Of a stretch of DNA of 64,000 bases, positions 12,734 to 26,179 are shown piece by piece (within the stretch, counting starts at the first letter, position 1; the number at the start of each line of letters is the position of its first letter). Source of the DNA: Camelus ferus (lineage: Eukaryota); the NCBI RefSeq assembly GCF_009834535.1, contig NC_045698.1, positions 5,892,001 through 5,956,000 on the forward strand. The letters are read 5' to 3'. The position numbers and the translations under genes were made by a program. Below the pieces are notes generated by a model. The model ran no database searches. It was not told the origin of the DNA and was given only the letters and a program-made list of their open reading frames with translations.

Positions 12734-15261
12734 AATGTTATTTACATAACATTCTGTTGGCTGGTATATGCACTGAACCTATGTATACCTTATAAATAGA
12801 GTTGCCTCTTAGATTTATTTTTAAAAATTTTAACAACTAGCTTTGATTCTTGTTGTCTCTTTTTCTAAGAGTGTTCCATTTAATAAGCAAGTGACTGAAT
12901 TTTACAGTGCAATTAGGGTAATTATAACAAAAGCCATTGGTATTCAGAACGAATGGAAAGTGCAGACAACAACTATATCTGTCAGAACACATTTTCAGGG
13001 ATAATTAGGTGTCTGCTGGGGCAATTGAATTGGCCATATGCTCTGATAGGTTGAACTGCATTGTGCCAATTGACATATAATTAATAAAACAATGAAAACA
13101 CACTGGACTGCAAAAGAGCCTGTGATGTTAGAGTAAGACGCTCACAGACACTCACATAAAGACTGAAATGCACAACCAAATTCATCACTGTCTGAACCCA
13201 GGCCATCTGACCCAGAGCTCCTGTATCTAAAATATTCCACAAAGCATGATAAACAAAGAGGACATTCATTATGCCAACGACACTAAAGGACAGATTTGGG
13301 TTTCTTTCTCGTGGCTTAAGTCACCAAACGGCAAGCTCTGAGATGGAAAGCTGCTTAACTGCATGTGATACAGTGAACTGTTTTTCACAGGAATCAGCCG
13401 AAAAGAGTGGTAGAGCTGACTGCAGACAGAGACAAATGCCCAGATGGAAGTGAATCTCACTGCCGTAAGGGGCTTGGGAATGCCACAGGAAAAGCAGGGG
13501 GGAGGAAGGGGCAACAACTCAAGGGCTTATTGAACAAGCTCCAGACAAGGCATTTTAAATAGCACCCTCCACGGCCTTGGTGTAATGAATTCTCTCCTGT
13601 GTCTGCTGCATGCTTGTTTTGCGCGACACAAAACACCTCTCACTCAGATTTCTCAGGTAGCTTTGCCCTCACCATCCTCCTTACACAGAAAAGCTTCTTC
13701 TGATGGCGCTAACCACCCCCCCCACCGATCTTGCCCGTATCCAGAAATTATTTTTATGATGTTGTAACTAAGTATGTTTTAAATAGAAATGCTCAAATAC
13801 ATTTTAACCTCCTAAGCAAACAAGAGGAGAGTGTTTCTGAGTATATACAGACCACTTTGTTCAAGGAGCCAAGTGATACTTGGGAATACCTGTGCTGCCC
13901 ACAGCATGGCCTTGCAGGACAACGCATGGCTTCCAATTGTGTGACCGGCTGTTGAGTGGCGAAGTTCCATTTCTTAGAAAGCAGAGCTTCCTGAAACTAA
14001 GCCAGGAGCATCTTAGCCTTTTTCAGAGACATCAAGGAAGAATAATAATATTTAAACCACGACTGCACCATGGCCTTCATATAGTAAATGTCTCCATATG
14101 CCTCCATTTACAGATACAGTCTGGGGCGGGTAGAGGCTGAGGGGGTGTAAATATCACCAGGATGAATAAGAGGATGCAAATTGTTTTCCCTCCTTTATTT
14201 AAATATTTAAAGTCTGTTTCTTGCTAAAGTGCAATTTGCCACAAATCTAATTTGTGTCACTTCTGAGTTAATCAAAGAAATCATAAAGCAGGCATCACCT
14301 AATTTACAGTGGGTGTGAGTGAAAGAGGGGTCTGAGGGGACTTTGCACATAATTCTTATGGTTACGTGTGAATAGATGTGCTGACTAAGCAAGACTGAAA
14401 ACAGGCATGAGACTGTCAGCCCACATGATGATTTCATGTGCTTGTGTGAGCCTGGGGCGTGTGTGGAGAAGAGGCTTTTATCATGTGCACTTGGGTAGCA
14501 TATCTACCTATGAAATACAGTTTCCTATAAAAATTCATATACAGAAAAGGAATTATACATAACTTAAGAATTTTGTTTTACAATCTTGTTTCCAAAATGG
14601 TCATGTACATACAATAAGCTCTCTGAGATTACTCATAAAAAATAGGAAATTTACAGAAACATCTGGCATTGAGAAGATGGACAAACACAAAAAGAATGGA
14701 AGATAATTCAGTATCATTTGCTGCCTGGTTATATTTGCAAGTTTCTTCACAACATGCATTTATGAATAGTTCATAAAATCATTTTATTTAGATTTACCTA
14801 AGTTTCTTGATTTTATTTTTTGAATTATAAGTGAATGTTCTGCTGTTGTTTTTAATAAGTTAACCTGTAGGATCATAAACAATAGCACTTAGAAGTATAG
14901 AAAACATTTAAAAGCGAAAGATTAAGAAAATAACTTTGAAAATATTAACTTGAATTCAAAGATCTGGAAGTATTTTACACATAGCAATAAAATTTAAAGA
15001 TCTAATTTAAAAAATAAGGTTTAACTGAAAGAATATATTGCACAACAACATCATGTGATTTTTGTCAAATGCTCTCTTCAGCATTCAAGAAAAGAATCAT
15101 TCGTTTCACTGGTTAGACCTTGATTCCTAGCTCTTTGAATAAGAAACTGGTTTTGAGAAACTAAGGGGCTGATCTAGACCAGCATAAGAAAAACAGAAGT
15201 ACCTAGAGATATTTTCCCCCAAAACAGTGTTAAATAATTGTTTCATGATGTTTACCAAAAC

Positions 15262-15304
15262 ATATATATATAGGTATATATATATATGTGTCTGTATATA
15301 TGTA

Positions 15305-15340
<36 letters not shown>
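15262..15340. repeat. Compound (TA)n/(TG)n microsatellite
   Basis: Directly visible; pure TG run at 15311-15336. Confidence 0.95.
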
Positions 15341-15341
<1 letters not shown>

Positions 15342-16234
15342 AAACAATTTGGAGTAAATTTACTGAAACACTCTGAACATTTTATAAATAGGGTGATGAT
15401 ATAATTTATATTCCAAAACTGGGACACTTTGAGAGGGGAACACAATGCTATAATTATGCCAGGACAATTTAAAGAATAAACCAGGACTTACTCTCCTTAG
15501 AATTAATCTTCAGCCAGTCAACCTTTAAGCATTTTTCTGAGTTGATATATCAATGATAGCGCATGCCCATGCAACACATTGAAGTCTTATATATAATAAG
15601 GCATATCTGATTTGTGGGGATTACATGTTTTATGCTACAGATTTTCCTGTGGGTACATCTGCCCCTTTACTTTTCTGATATTATACTAGGAGAGGGGACA
15701 TAACTGATAAACAGGAAAGATTGATTAATCCATCCTAATTTGAATATGCAAGTTTAAATTCAACTGTTTTAAGTGATTTAAACCAATCATATAGCTTTTA
15801 TATAAAGATAGGGATTTCACAGTTCCTCAACTTTCAGGCACTTAAGACTTGACCTATGAATGGAAGAGACAAAATACTACATGATTTCTAAAGCACCAAA
15901 GAAATTGATCCCTTGGTGTCTTTTATCACATGTATGTACACATGATGAACTTTATAAAATTGTTCCAGAGTCTTACAATTTGGACTTTATAATCCTGTTT
16001 TAGTCATCTTTTGTTAAACCGTTTAAAAATCAAGGGAAGACTTAGGAATTTTCCAATCTCGTTGTCTCTCTCTTCAACAACAAAATTGATTGGGAGTCAG
16101 CCTTATAATAATAACTCAATGCATTTTTTTAAACTCAGACCTGGGCAAAAAGACCAAAGAATGGTGTGGTATTTGTATTCCTTAAAATGTTCTGACTGAA
16201 CAAGAGGAAAAGTAAAGGGGGAGGAATGCAAGAT

Positions 16235-16400
16235 GCTCTGGAGTTAGATCTGCTTTGAAATCCTAGCCCACTGTGGGCCCAGGGCAAGGTGTTTATTCTG
16301 CCAGAGCCTCAGTCTGCTCATCTGTAAAGTGAGGCATCTCTATCCACTGTGGAGAACTGTGCCGAGGACTACAGATCACGTGGGAATGGAGTCCTCAGAC
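16235..16400 (+). mobile_element. MIR SINE fragment
   Basis: gctctggagttaga...gggcaag...agagcctcagtctgctcatctgtaaagtgagg. Confidence 0.7.
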
Positions 16401-16526
16401 CTGGGGCATTATAAACAGAGCGGGAAGGCTATTTCTTTAAAATAAACTCTGACACTTTGACACCAAATTTGGCTTGCAACAAAATTTCTAAAATGCATAT
16501 TTCGCACCCAACATAGGAAATCTGCC

Positions 16527-16542
16527 CAGTGCCCTCTGGTGA
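16527..16542 (-). promoter_or_regulatory. CTCF-like motif
   Basis: Minus strand TCACCAGAGGGCACTG closely matches the CTCF core CCACCAGRGGGCRC. Confidence 0.45.
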
Positions 16543-18249
16543 GGCCAAATCAGGCCTGAAAATTAGGGAGATTCATTGCATAGCACCTTACATCATCACA
16601 TTTGCTCAACGTGCTCTAAGTCCACATCCCATCACTCCAGCAGGTTTAAGCTTTGGGATTTAGAAATCAGGGCTTAGCCATGTGCTTGCTGACTCTGCAG
16701 AGAGACCACTGTTCACAAAGTCACCATGCGTTAAGCATTTGCCCTGTTGGTAACAGCACTCCCAGCCTGCTGGTGGTCTGTTTTGATTTTACAGTCCTTC
16801 TTCATCTCTGTGTTAAAGTCTTGAGGATTTCCTTTGTAAACACACTTTATTCCCAGTCCCCATTTATCTTTGGTTTGCTTGCTCTCCATCCTTCCCTCAC
16901 ATTTATAAATTTCCAACTTTAGCAAATGTCATCAGCCCAAGGAGAACTTAGTGTGGACAATTTGCACTTTCTGGGCACTAAGTTGTGTAGACTGGGGCTC
17001 TCACTGTCCCCAGGAAGCAGCCCAGCCCAACCTTGCCTAGACCATTGAGAGGCAGTGTTTGCTCCCAGAGAGAAGTGCTAGCTTCACAAAGCACCTGTCT
17101 CCACAGTAAGCAGAAACAATTCCTCCTTAAGTTAAGCACAGATGAGATTTTTTCCTCCAAGTAAATTACCTTTACTTAATAGAAAGTTAGATTGTTATTT
17201 TTAAACCAGAGAGAGCCTATTTCATGCTTAGCTCATGTCTTCAAAACATTTCAAACCAGGAGAATGTTTAACAGTCTTCTTTATTAAAAACAAAAGATCA
17301 TAAAATGATTTTGTTAAAATAAGAATGCTTGTAATTAGGAAATAAGTAAGTGGATTTCACAAAAGATCACTTCGATATGAGGTCAGGACCCTAAGAAGGA
17401 AGACAACAGTGGAGTTCACTGTAATTATTGTGGACAGACTAACAATGGTCTTTCTACAAATGGAAGACAAATTAGGATCATTTAGAGCAGAAAAACCTGG
17501 TGTTCATGTTCAGCTATTAAAGACTTAGGAAACAGTTTTTCCAAGTTCTCACTGATTTCTCCCACTGTTTACAAGCATGTAGTTGACTCTGAACTCAGGA
17601 GCTTAACTTCATCTAATTTGGAAATGTCATTCTTATTTCCTCAATTTCTATTTATTTGAAGGCAAGTTTTACAGCATCTCTATCTTAGGTATTATTCATT
17701 AAACATGTACTTCTTTTTCAGAAATCCTGCCTTATAGAAGCATTTTAAAAGGGTTACTAACTGGTAAATATTTTAAAGCATTAAAATAGAGCAATGTAGG
17801 ATGTCCCTGAACACATACGTTTGATTATAAGAGTGATTTTGACCAAGAGAAGGGATTTGATTTTGAGACTCAAATTCATTGTCAAACACATAACTTGCTG
17901 TTCCTGTTTTCTTTAGTGACTTGTCTGGATGATTCCAGTGCCCTCAATAAATAACTGGTAAGAACAGTTGAAAACGGGCACAAAAGATGAAAGAAAAAAT
18001 ATTTCTCCATTTTTGGCCCCAGTTTGTTTAAAATAGATCAATCTGTTGTTTTCCTATTCGTCATAATGAGGTTTTCTTCCCCCACTTCTTATTTGTCAAC
18101 ATTTTTAATATTTCTCCTGATTCTCAAGATAATTTGTTTTTCTCTTAGTTATACAAGAGTTATTAATAGAGTCGGGTCTATGTTTTACCTATCTGTAAGA
18201 TGCTAGGCATAAAAATGAACAAAATGTCCCTCTGAACCTCAAGGATTTC

Positions 18250-18830
18250 ATAAATCAGTCTTAAATAATTCATTAAAAATATCATGATTAAGCACTGTTC
18301 TGAACCATTAGGATACATCATTGAACAAAACATGAACATATATCTGCTTTTGTGGTATTTGTATTTTATAAGTGGGAGACAATAGCAATAACCATAAAAA
18401 TTAGCAATTTTATGGTATGTTAAAAGTGTTATGGAAAAAAATAGAACAAAATAAAGGGATCAGGATGCTAGATGTCAGTCAGGAGGTCATGACAGGCCTC
18501 AGTTAGAAAGTGATATTTGAGCAAGGACGTGAAGGAATTGAAAACATTATTAGCCAACTGGATACTGACAGGAGAGTTTTATAGGTTGAGGAAAAAGCAA
18601 GGACAAATGGCTGACATTTTAGAGAAAAAGTAAGGAGGTCAGTCTGGCTAAAGTTATATGAACACAACAGAGGGTAAAAGGGAAAATGACAGGGAGGAAA
18701 TGTGAGGCCAGGGAGTAGGGTTTCAGGTTTCAGCAAATTTGAAATGGGGGACTATTGCAGGTTTTGAACAGAGGATTGATCAAGAGTTCCAATACTGTGG
18801 AAGTAAGGATCATAACTTAGGATGCTGATG
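18250..18830 (-). mobile_element. L2 LINE 3' fragment
   Basis: L2 antisense pattern (attcatt...aagcactgttc...aagtgatatttgagcaaggacgtgaagga...ggttttgaacagagga). Confidence 0.65.
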
Positions 18831-20493
18831 AAGAAGGAAAACAAATGGAATCTACATAAAATTGAAAATTCAATGGAGCATTAAAGGAGGAGCAGGAATT
18901 ACCTAACAGGGAAAAATATAAAGGAACTAAAGTCAAAATTGACACCATTTGTAAGGAAACAGAGTTAAGGACGAGAATGATGCCTTCAACAGACTGCCCA
19001 TTACTCCGTAAAAAAAAGGTGGGGGTACATGTTGGGGCGCAAGAGCTAAAGCTGAAAAAGCATAGTGATCCTAGAGCAGAAAAGCCCAGTACAGAGAAGG
19101 CAGAGGAAGCAGAAAATAAAACTGAAGAGGCCAGGATAAGCTGTGACTGGGCCTGATATGTTCATGTCCCCCTGGTCCTTGAGGACAGCAGATAGGTCTT
19201 CAAAACATAGACAGTTGTACAATTCATGTATTATGCACAGTATATTAATATATGGTCGCAGCCAAGGTAGCAAGATGGCACTTGTATTGTAATAAATCAC
19301 TGTACATGAAACTCAATGGTTAGATCCAAATGACCTGGCTTCCAAAAGGGATGTATCTGTGACCATGAAAGATACTTGCACTGAAGTTTCAAGATGCTGT
19401 GATTGGCATTATAAGAATCTTAGTAATCCCCAGAGAGGGAGCAAATCACAGAGCAGGAGAGCATGACAACATGGAAAGAAGAGGTTTCAAGTGTCAGTAA
19501 TCCAGGAACCAGAGCTCAGGATAGCTATTCACTCATCTGTTCAACAGACGCTCATTAACCGCCTACTACACGCCAGAAATTGCACCAGACACTGGGTAAT
19601 GAATAACCACCTTTTTTTTTTTTTTTTACTATACCTAATGTGTGCCAGGCACTGCATGTACATTCTCTTAAGGTTTCTCACCAAAGTAAGGATGAGGACA
19701 CTGAGACTCAAGAGGAAATCAACTTTTTCAAATGGCTTAAGTGATTAAACTCTGAAGACTCTACTCTTTCCTCCAAGCTAAACTATCCCCAAAGAGAATT
19801 CAATCCCTGGCATACAGTGGTCCGTGACATAAAGTGATGGAGTGGCTGGATAAAAGCTAAAGAGAGGGAAGGACAAGGAGCTCAGACATTTCTGAGGAGA
19901 AAAGACCCAAAGAAGTTTCGGAAGTTTTCTCATGGTGCCAGCTGCATTTTGCAAGCTGTGAAGGGATTAAAAGGACTGAGGTAGGAGAGTACAGGCAGAG
20001 TGCATAGCAGAAGAGGCTGTAAAAATAAAGACATGGGCAAAGAGTTGCCACAATCAGAGGCTGCAGATTGGCAGTCTGCCACTGAATGGAGCCTGCAGGA
20101 ATATTTTATTTTATTTTTACTGTATGAGCCCCCCAAAATGTGAGAAAAATTATTTCCCAATATTAAAGAAAGGGTTCACATAAAAATTCCAGTGTTCAAC
20201 ACATTTAGAGAAATACAGATAACTGGGCAACACCGGTCCTCTGCTCCACACAGTCCAACTGGCTGAGCGTTCCAGGTGGTCTGGTTTCTCACAGTCCTTG
20301 CTGCCCCTTGACCTGCTTCGCTCATTCAACTTTCCTAAATGGCTCCTGGAGATACCTGAGTTTGTCATTTTCATGTGGACAATGAAAGGCTTTCGGAAGA
20401 TTTTAAGAAGAGAATTATGATCAAATTTTCACTTTAAAAAAAGGTGGTGGCATAATGAGATAAAGAAGATACCTGTAATAAACACAGATTCTA

Positions 20494-21930
20494 TGCATTC
20501 ATTCATCCTTATTCACGTATTCATTCATTTCATTTATTCTCTCATTTCTTAAACATTTACTGGCTATCTACAGGCACTTTGGATATAATGTTGAGCTAAA
20601 CAGTAAATACTCCTCATGGAATTTAATTTTTAGCAAGAAAGACAGAGCATTAATAACCCAACAAATAACAATTGTCATGATCACAAATAGTGATGTCTGC
20701 TAGGAAGGAAATGGAAGGGTGATGGGATGGAGTAACCCAGGAGGCTCCTTAGACGAGCTGACCAGGGAAGAAGAAACTGGGACTAGGATTTATGGACTGA
20801 GGAGGCAGGTCCCTGGGGATCCGTGGAAGCTGTCTCAGGTGGAGAGGACTGCCTGGGCAAGGGGCCAGAGTGGGAGAGGATGCAGGTCATGGGAGGATAA
20901 ATGGGAAGCAGCTTGGCTCAGTGAGGAACAGGTGGAGAGAGTGGAGGGAGATTCAGTACCAGAGGTCCCAGAGCAAGCCACACAGGACCTTCACAGACCA
21001 TGGAAGGGAGCGAGCATTTTTTTTTCCCTCCCAGTAAAGCATTAAAGAATATTTAAGCCTGGCACTGGCACTTACATAATCTGGTTTACTTCTTTTTTTT
21101 CCTGATTTGGTTTTTTGTGTGTTTGTTTTTTATAATTAAGTTCAGGCTATCTTATTATTACATTACTATAGGTTGCCTTTAACATAGATTACTTTTCAGT
21201 ATCTTGATTTTTTTATAAAGTTTTTTTTAATTGTGGTAATATATATATTATATATATATCATAAATTTTCCACTTAACCACTTTTTAATTGCAAAATTCA
21301 GCAACATTAATTACATTCACAATGTTGGGCAACCATCTCTACCTATTTTCAAAATGGTTTAACTTTTTAAAAGCTCATCCTGCCTACCTAGTGGAGAATG
21401 GGTTAGAGAGGGACCAGTATAGTGATTCAGGCAACAAATGAACTTGAACAAAGAAATAGGTAGTTAGAATGAAATGAAACATAACTGAGAGACATGTCAA
21501 AAGCATGCTTGCCATGACTCGGTTGTGGAAAGATTATGGGGGTTCATCCTTGAGAAGGAGTGATTTCACATGCCATGCCGGTTTCTGGCTTGGATGAATG
21601 GAAGAATCACACAGATTTTGTCTTGGATAATAAAATGCGAGGGTGGGGCATGGTTTGAACTTGAGGAGCTTGAGGTACCGCTAGGCTCTTCCTGTTTAAT
21701 TGGAATTTAAATAATTTCATTGGAAATGAGTATGCAGATCTAGAGCTACTCCTGTGAAGTGAAGGCTGAGAATGAGGACAAAACTGTGACACAAGTGAGG
21801 AACCCAAGAGGAACATCTTAGGTGAGGACAGTGTGAGAGACCAGGTAGGTAGGGAAGGAATATTCAAGGAACAAATGTGCTGTATGGCCTAGTAAAAGAA
21901 AGAGTCCAAGATGGAGGAAGTGCTGAAATG
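20494..21930 (-). mobile_element. L2 LINE fragment, with an L1MB-like 3' tip at ~21222-21353
   Basis: (cattc)n tail followed by L2 antisense body; the insert ttttaattgtggtaa...cattcacaatgttgggcaaccatc is an L1MB-type terminus. Confidence 0.65.
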
Positions 21931-22079
21931 TGGGACCTGAACCAGCTCTGACTGGTGCAGTGAAGTTCTAACTCCCACCTCCCCAGTTTTCTAAGCTTTC
22001 CCATGTGAGTAGCAAGTCCTTATGTAGCAGAGCCTGAATGCCACAATCATAAGTAGCCTACTCAGAATGCATTACCCTG

Positions 22080-22552
22080 TTTTTCCTGTGGGGCAGGTCA
22101 ATCCCCAGTTTTTCAGGTATCTACCCCTCCCTCACATGGCTCTGGGGTAAATTTAGATTTAAGTGAACTACAAGGATCCCATTCCTTTGGCAGTGACGTG
22201 TTTAAGGGTGAGCTTATGATTCTGCTGGCCAAGGACAGTGTGCGATGGTCTGCTGGGGGGTTCTGGGGAAGGTTTCTTCATGAAAAAAGAGACCCATGGA
22301 AGAAGGAGCTTCCCTAGACTTGATGGATTGCGATACCTGAAATCGCATAGCCATTTTGTGCCGATTCAGGGAACTAGCCCAAGGACCAAGCTGGGGCTGG
22401 CAGAGTGAAGAATGGAAAGGACTAAGGGTACTTTTTCCTGAGCCAATAAATTAAGTGACACTGTGAACTTCCAGATATGTGAAATAATAATGAGACTCTT
22501 ACCGTTTAAGCAATTTTGGGTCATCTACAGCCAAAAACATTTTAACTGATAT
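22080..22552 (+). mobile_element. Old MLT1 (J/K-like) MaLR LTR
   Basis: gtctgctggggggttctggggaaggttt...agccatttt...gtttaagc...acagccaaaaacatttttaactgata. Confidence 0.65.
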
Positions 22553-23774
22553 GATAATATCTGAAAATTTTATTAAAATGTTATTTTCCTTCCCTGAGAT
22601 GTAACAAAAAAGAAAAAAGAGACGTAGATAGATAAACAGATGACAGATTTCCTTGGTACAACATTGAATTTCATGCATTTCAGAGTAATACATGTAGTAT
22701 ATAAAAGTTTAAAAGATAAAACCTGTATAGAAAATCTAGAACTTAAATCTATGATTAATTAACATTTAAAATTTAACCCCTTATAATTACCAATATCTTC
22801 AGTTCTATGATGTTGGAGACAGCTTATATTCCTTATACAAATGTGTTATGAGGTGCCCTTCCATATATATCTTCTCAGTATTAAATATGTAACAGTTTGA
22901 TCTCTTTAGACTTTTTCTTTAGAAATTTGAAAATCTGCCTCTAAGCACCAAGGAACTGGCATCATGGAGAAATGAGATGGGTAACTGAAAATGGCTTACC
23001 ACTGAGGCTTGGGAATTGTATGCACACTGCAGAAAGGGGTAAGGTGCCCAGACTTCAGGAAATGGTAGGATCATGTCCCAGGAGCCCTGCTCAACATGAG
23101 GAGAGCCACGGAACTGCAGAGGGCATCTCAGTCAGGTTGCTCAACTGTATAACAAGATGAGAGAACAAACATTATTCCTCAGTAGAAACCCCTTTAATGA
23201 CAGTAATAGTTTACATCTTCCAGCATCTTAATTGAAGCATTTATAATAAGCTCTCCAGAGTTCATGAAATAAATAATATTTTATACTCTGACTTTGATGG
23301 AAATAAACTGCTTATAGTCATGGATAGACCACGAGCTTCCCTCTGTGTGTGTGTGTGTTTGCAGTTACTGAACTCCATGCCATCAAACGGTGTAACATTC
23401 ACAAAATATGAAGTTAATGACATTTATTGAAAAAGTTCAATAAATTCATTGAGATTACACATGACTTTTATTTCAAATGCATAAATGATCATTAAAGGTT
23501 TTTAATTCTTTAATAAAGAAATCAACTTAAATATTAATGGAAATAAGATCAGAACAGAGGATTGGTATGTATTATTTTCTGTTTAAATAAATCTCAAATA
23601 TAGCAAATAGCCCAAAATAGTGTGTGTCATGTGGAAGAATATGTGGATATTTAGCACTATAAGCAGACAGCCTGGAGTCATGTAGCTATGTGTTATGAAT
23701 ACAGTAGCCCAGATGCTCTTGGAAGCTCTTTTGGAGGGCTGGAAAATCTTCATTAGTTATGTCACAATAGGTAA

Positions 23775-24010
23775 TACGGCACTGTGGTTAGAATAAAAAA
23801 CTTCAGAACCAAACTGTTTTGAGTTTATGCCTTAAATGTACCACTTACTGTATATGTAAATTAAGCAACTTACTTTCCTGTGTTTCTGGGCTTCTGTTGT
23901 AAAATGGGGCTAACAGTATTACCTATGAGTGAATACACTTAAAGCACTTGAAACAGCGTCTAGCAAATAACAAATGTTCCACAAGACTTAGCTATTATCA
24001 TTATCATTAT
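23775..24010 (+). mobile_element. MIR SINE
   Basis: gtggttaga...accacttactgt...tgtaaaatggggctaacagta...aaagcacttgaaacagcgtctagca...agctattatc. Confidence 0.75.
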
Positions 24011-24159
24011 TATTTGTTCCCAATAACTAAGTATTAATTTGAAAATAATGAACAGAAAACAGTGGTTCATAAATAATGCTCTGAGATTAGTTGAATAATT
24101 AGGACTTTTACAATGATATTTCTTTATCATGTTTATTTAAAAAATCAATTAGTACCATT

Positions 24160-24567
24160 GAGTTGCTTTACTAGGGCTGCTGTAACAAAGTACCACAAAT
24201 GGGTGGCTTAAAAGATAGAAACTTATTGTCTCATATTTCTGGAAGCCAGGCTTCCAAGATCAAGGAAGCTAGGATTCTAAGATGGAGGTGTTGGCAGGGT
24301 TGGCCCTGAGGGCTGTGAGGAAGAATCTGCTCCATGCCTCTCTCCTAGCTTCTGGTGGTTTGTGGACAATCTCTGGCATTTCTTGGCTTGTAGAAGCATC
24401 ATCCTGATCTCTGCCTTCATCTGGCATGAAGTTCTCCCTGAGTGTGTGTCTGACTCCAGATTTTACCCTTTGTAAGAGAATAATCTCCAAATAAGGTTAC
24501 ATTCTGAGGTTCTCTGGGTTAGGATTTCAACATATAAATTTTTAGGGGTAAAATTTAACCAGTAACA
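24160..24567 (-). mobile_element. MLT1B/C-type MaLR LTR
   Basis: agggctgctgtaacaaagtaccacaaatgggtggcttaaa...ccaaataaggttacattctgagg...ttaggatttcaacatat. Confidence 0.9.
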
Positions 24568-24991
24568 ACTATGCATTTGTACAATTCTATTTTTTGTTAT
24601 GATAATATACTACCTTATTTTTTTTGTTATTCAGAGGCTGCATGTCCAATTTGAAGATACCTGGTTTTTTGCATTATACATATTTGCTATTTTAATACTT
24701 ATTAAAACCTCAACGCTAAAAGTGAAATAGAAGAAAATCAATCCACTTTAGGGTCATTTGAGTCTTTGGTAAATTGTTTGAAAACTGCTAGTAAAAATTA
24801 AATTTGAAAATTATGTTCAAATTCAATTATTTATGCCAATATTGCTCCCAACATCCTAATAGTCTAATCTTGATTATAAATTATCAAATATTTATTCAAC
24901 TTGATGAGTTCTTTTTAAATTAAGCAGCAACTTTTTTGTGCACAAAAATGCTTTTAAACTTGATGTTTTAAAACAATGTTTAGTTTATCCT

Positions 24992-25404
24992 TATATTAGT
25001 CAGTGTTCTCCAGAGAAACAAAACCAATAGGATGTGTACATATATGCATAGAGAGAGATTTATTTTTAAAGACTTGGCTCACATAATTGTGGGGGTTGTC
25101 AAGTATGAAATCTGCAGGGCAGAACAACATTCTGAAGACCCAGGGAAGCAATGACACTGCAGTCTTAAGTCTGAAGACAAAATTCCTTCTTCCTTGGGGA
25201 AACTCAGTCTTTTTCTCTTAAGAATTGCAACTGATTAGATGAGGTCTACCACTTTATGGATGGTAATCTATTTTATTTAAAGTCTCTGATTTAAATGTTA
25301 ATCTCATTTTAAAAAATGCCTTCATAGTGACATACAGACTGGTGTTTGATTAAAAAAAGACTACCATGGCTTACCCACATTGACGCATAAAATTAACCAC
25401 CACA
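24992..25404 (-). mobile_element. MLT2-type ERV-L solo LTR
   Basis: tattagtcagtgttctccagagaaacaaaaccaatagga ... ttgacgcataaaattaaccaccaca, typical MLT2 termini. Confidence 0.9.
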
Positions 25405-26179
25405 ATCCTGTCTCAGTAAATTCTGTTAAAACTCAAGGTAAAGCCATATTGCATGATTAATATAGACAAGAGTGAAAGTATTGCTTTCACAGGTTAACAG
25501 TTGATTACTATCCACCAAAACCACCCATATCTGGTTTTGATATTCTCCCTCTAAAATAGAAAAAAGTAAGTGTCTAAACAACAGAAAAAAGGATAGTTAA
25601 TAAATTTATCCAAATACTTAGTATAATAACATTTGATCATTAAATGACCTTATATTATGATTTGGGGAAAAGATAACTGTTAATTGAACTGTCATAGTGT
25701 CTCCAGTAAAGTGTATTCATTCAATTTGATCAGTGAAAAATATGGAGGCAATATTTAAGTTCAATTAAATTCTCAATATGTCCCCTATTTTGATGAATGC
25801 AGGATAATTTTTATCAGCCTAATTCATTTATAAGCCCAAATTATCTTTATAAAACACATGTACAATTTCTGGGCTGAAGATTATTTTTAATACTGTGCCG
25901 GAAGTGCAGCCTCATCTCCTGTAATACCCAGCAAACAACACACCACGTGTTCCAGCCATGGTATACTCGCAGTTTGCCAAATGAGTCATACAAGGAACGG
26001 TACCCGTAATGTTCCCCTCTCACCCCCATCACCTCTTTCTAAAATTCGGCTCATAAATCACTGACTATCCTTCCTTGGTTCCTCCGGAATCCTAAATTCT
26101 TCTGCACTACCATAATGTGAACATGTACTTCATATTAAACTGTCGCCAGCTGTACACTTATCTATCTTTTCCTAGATAG

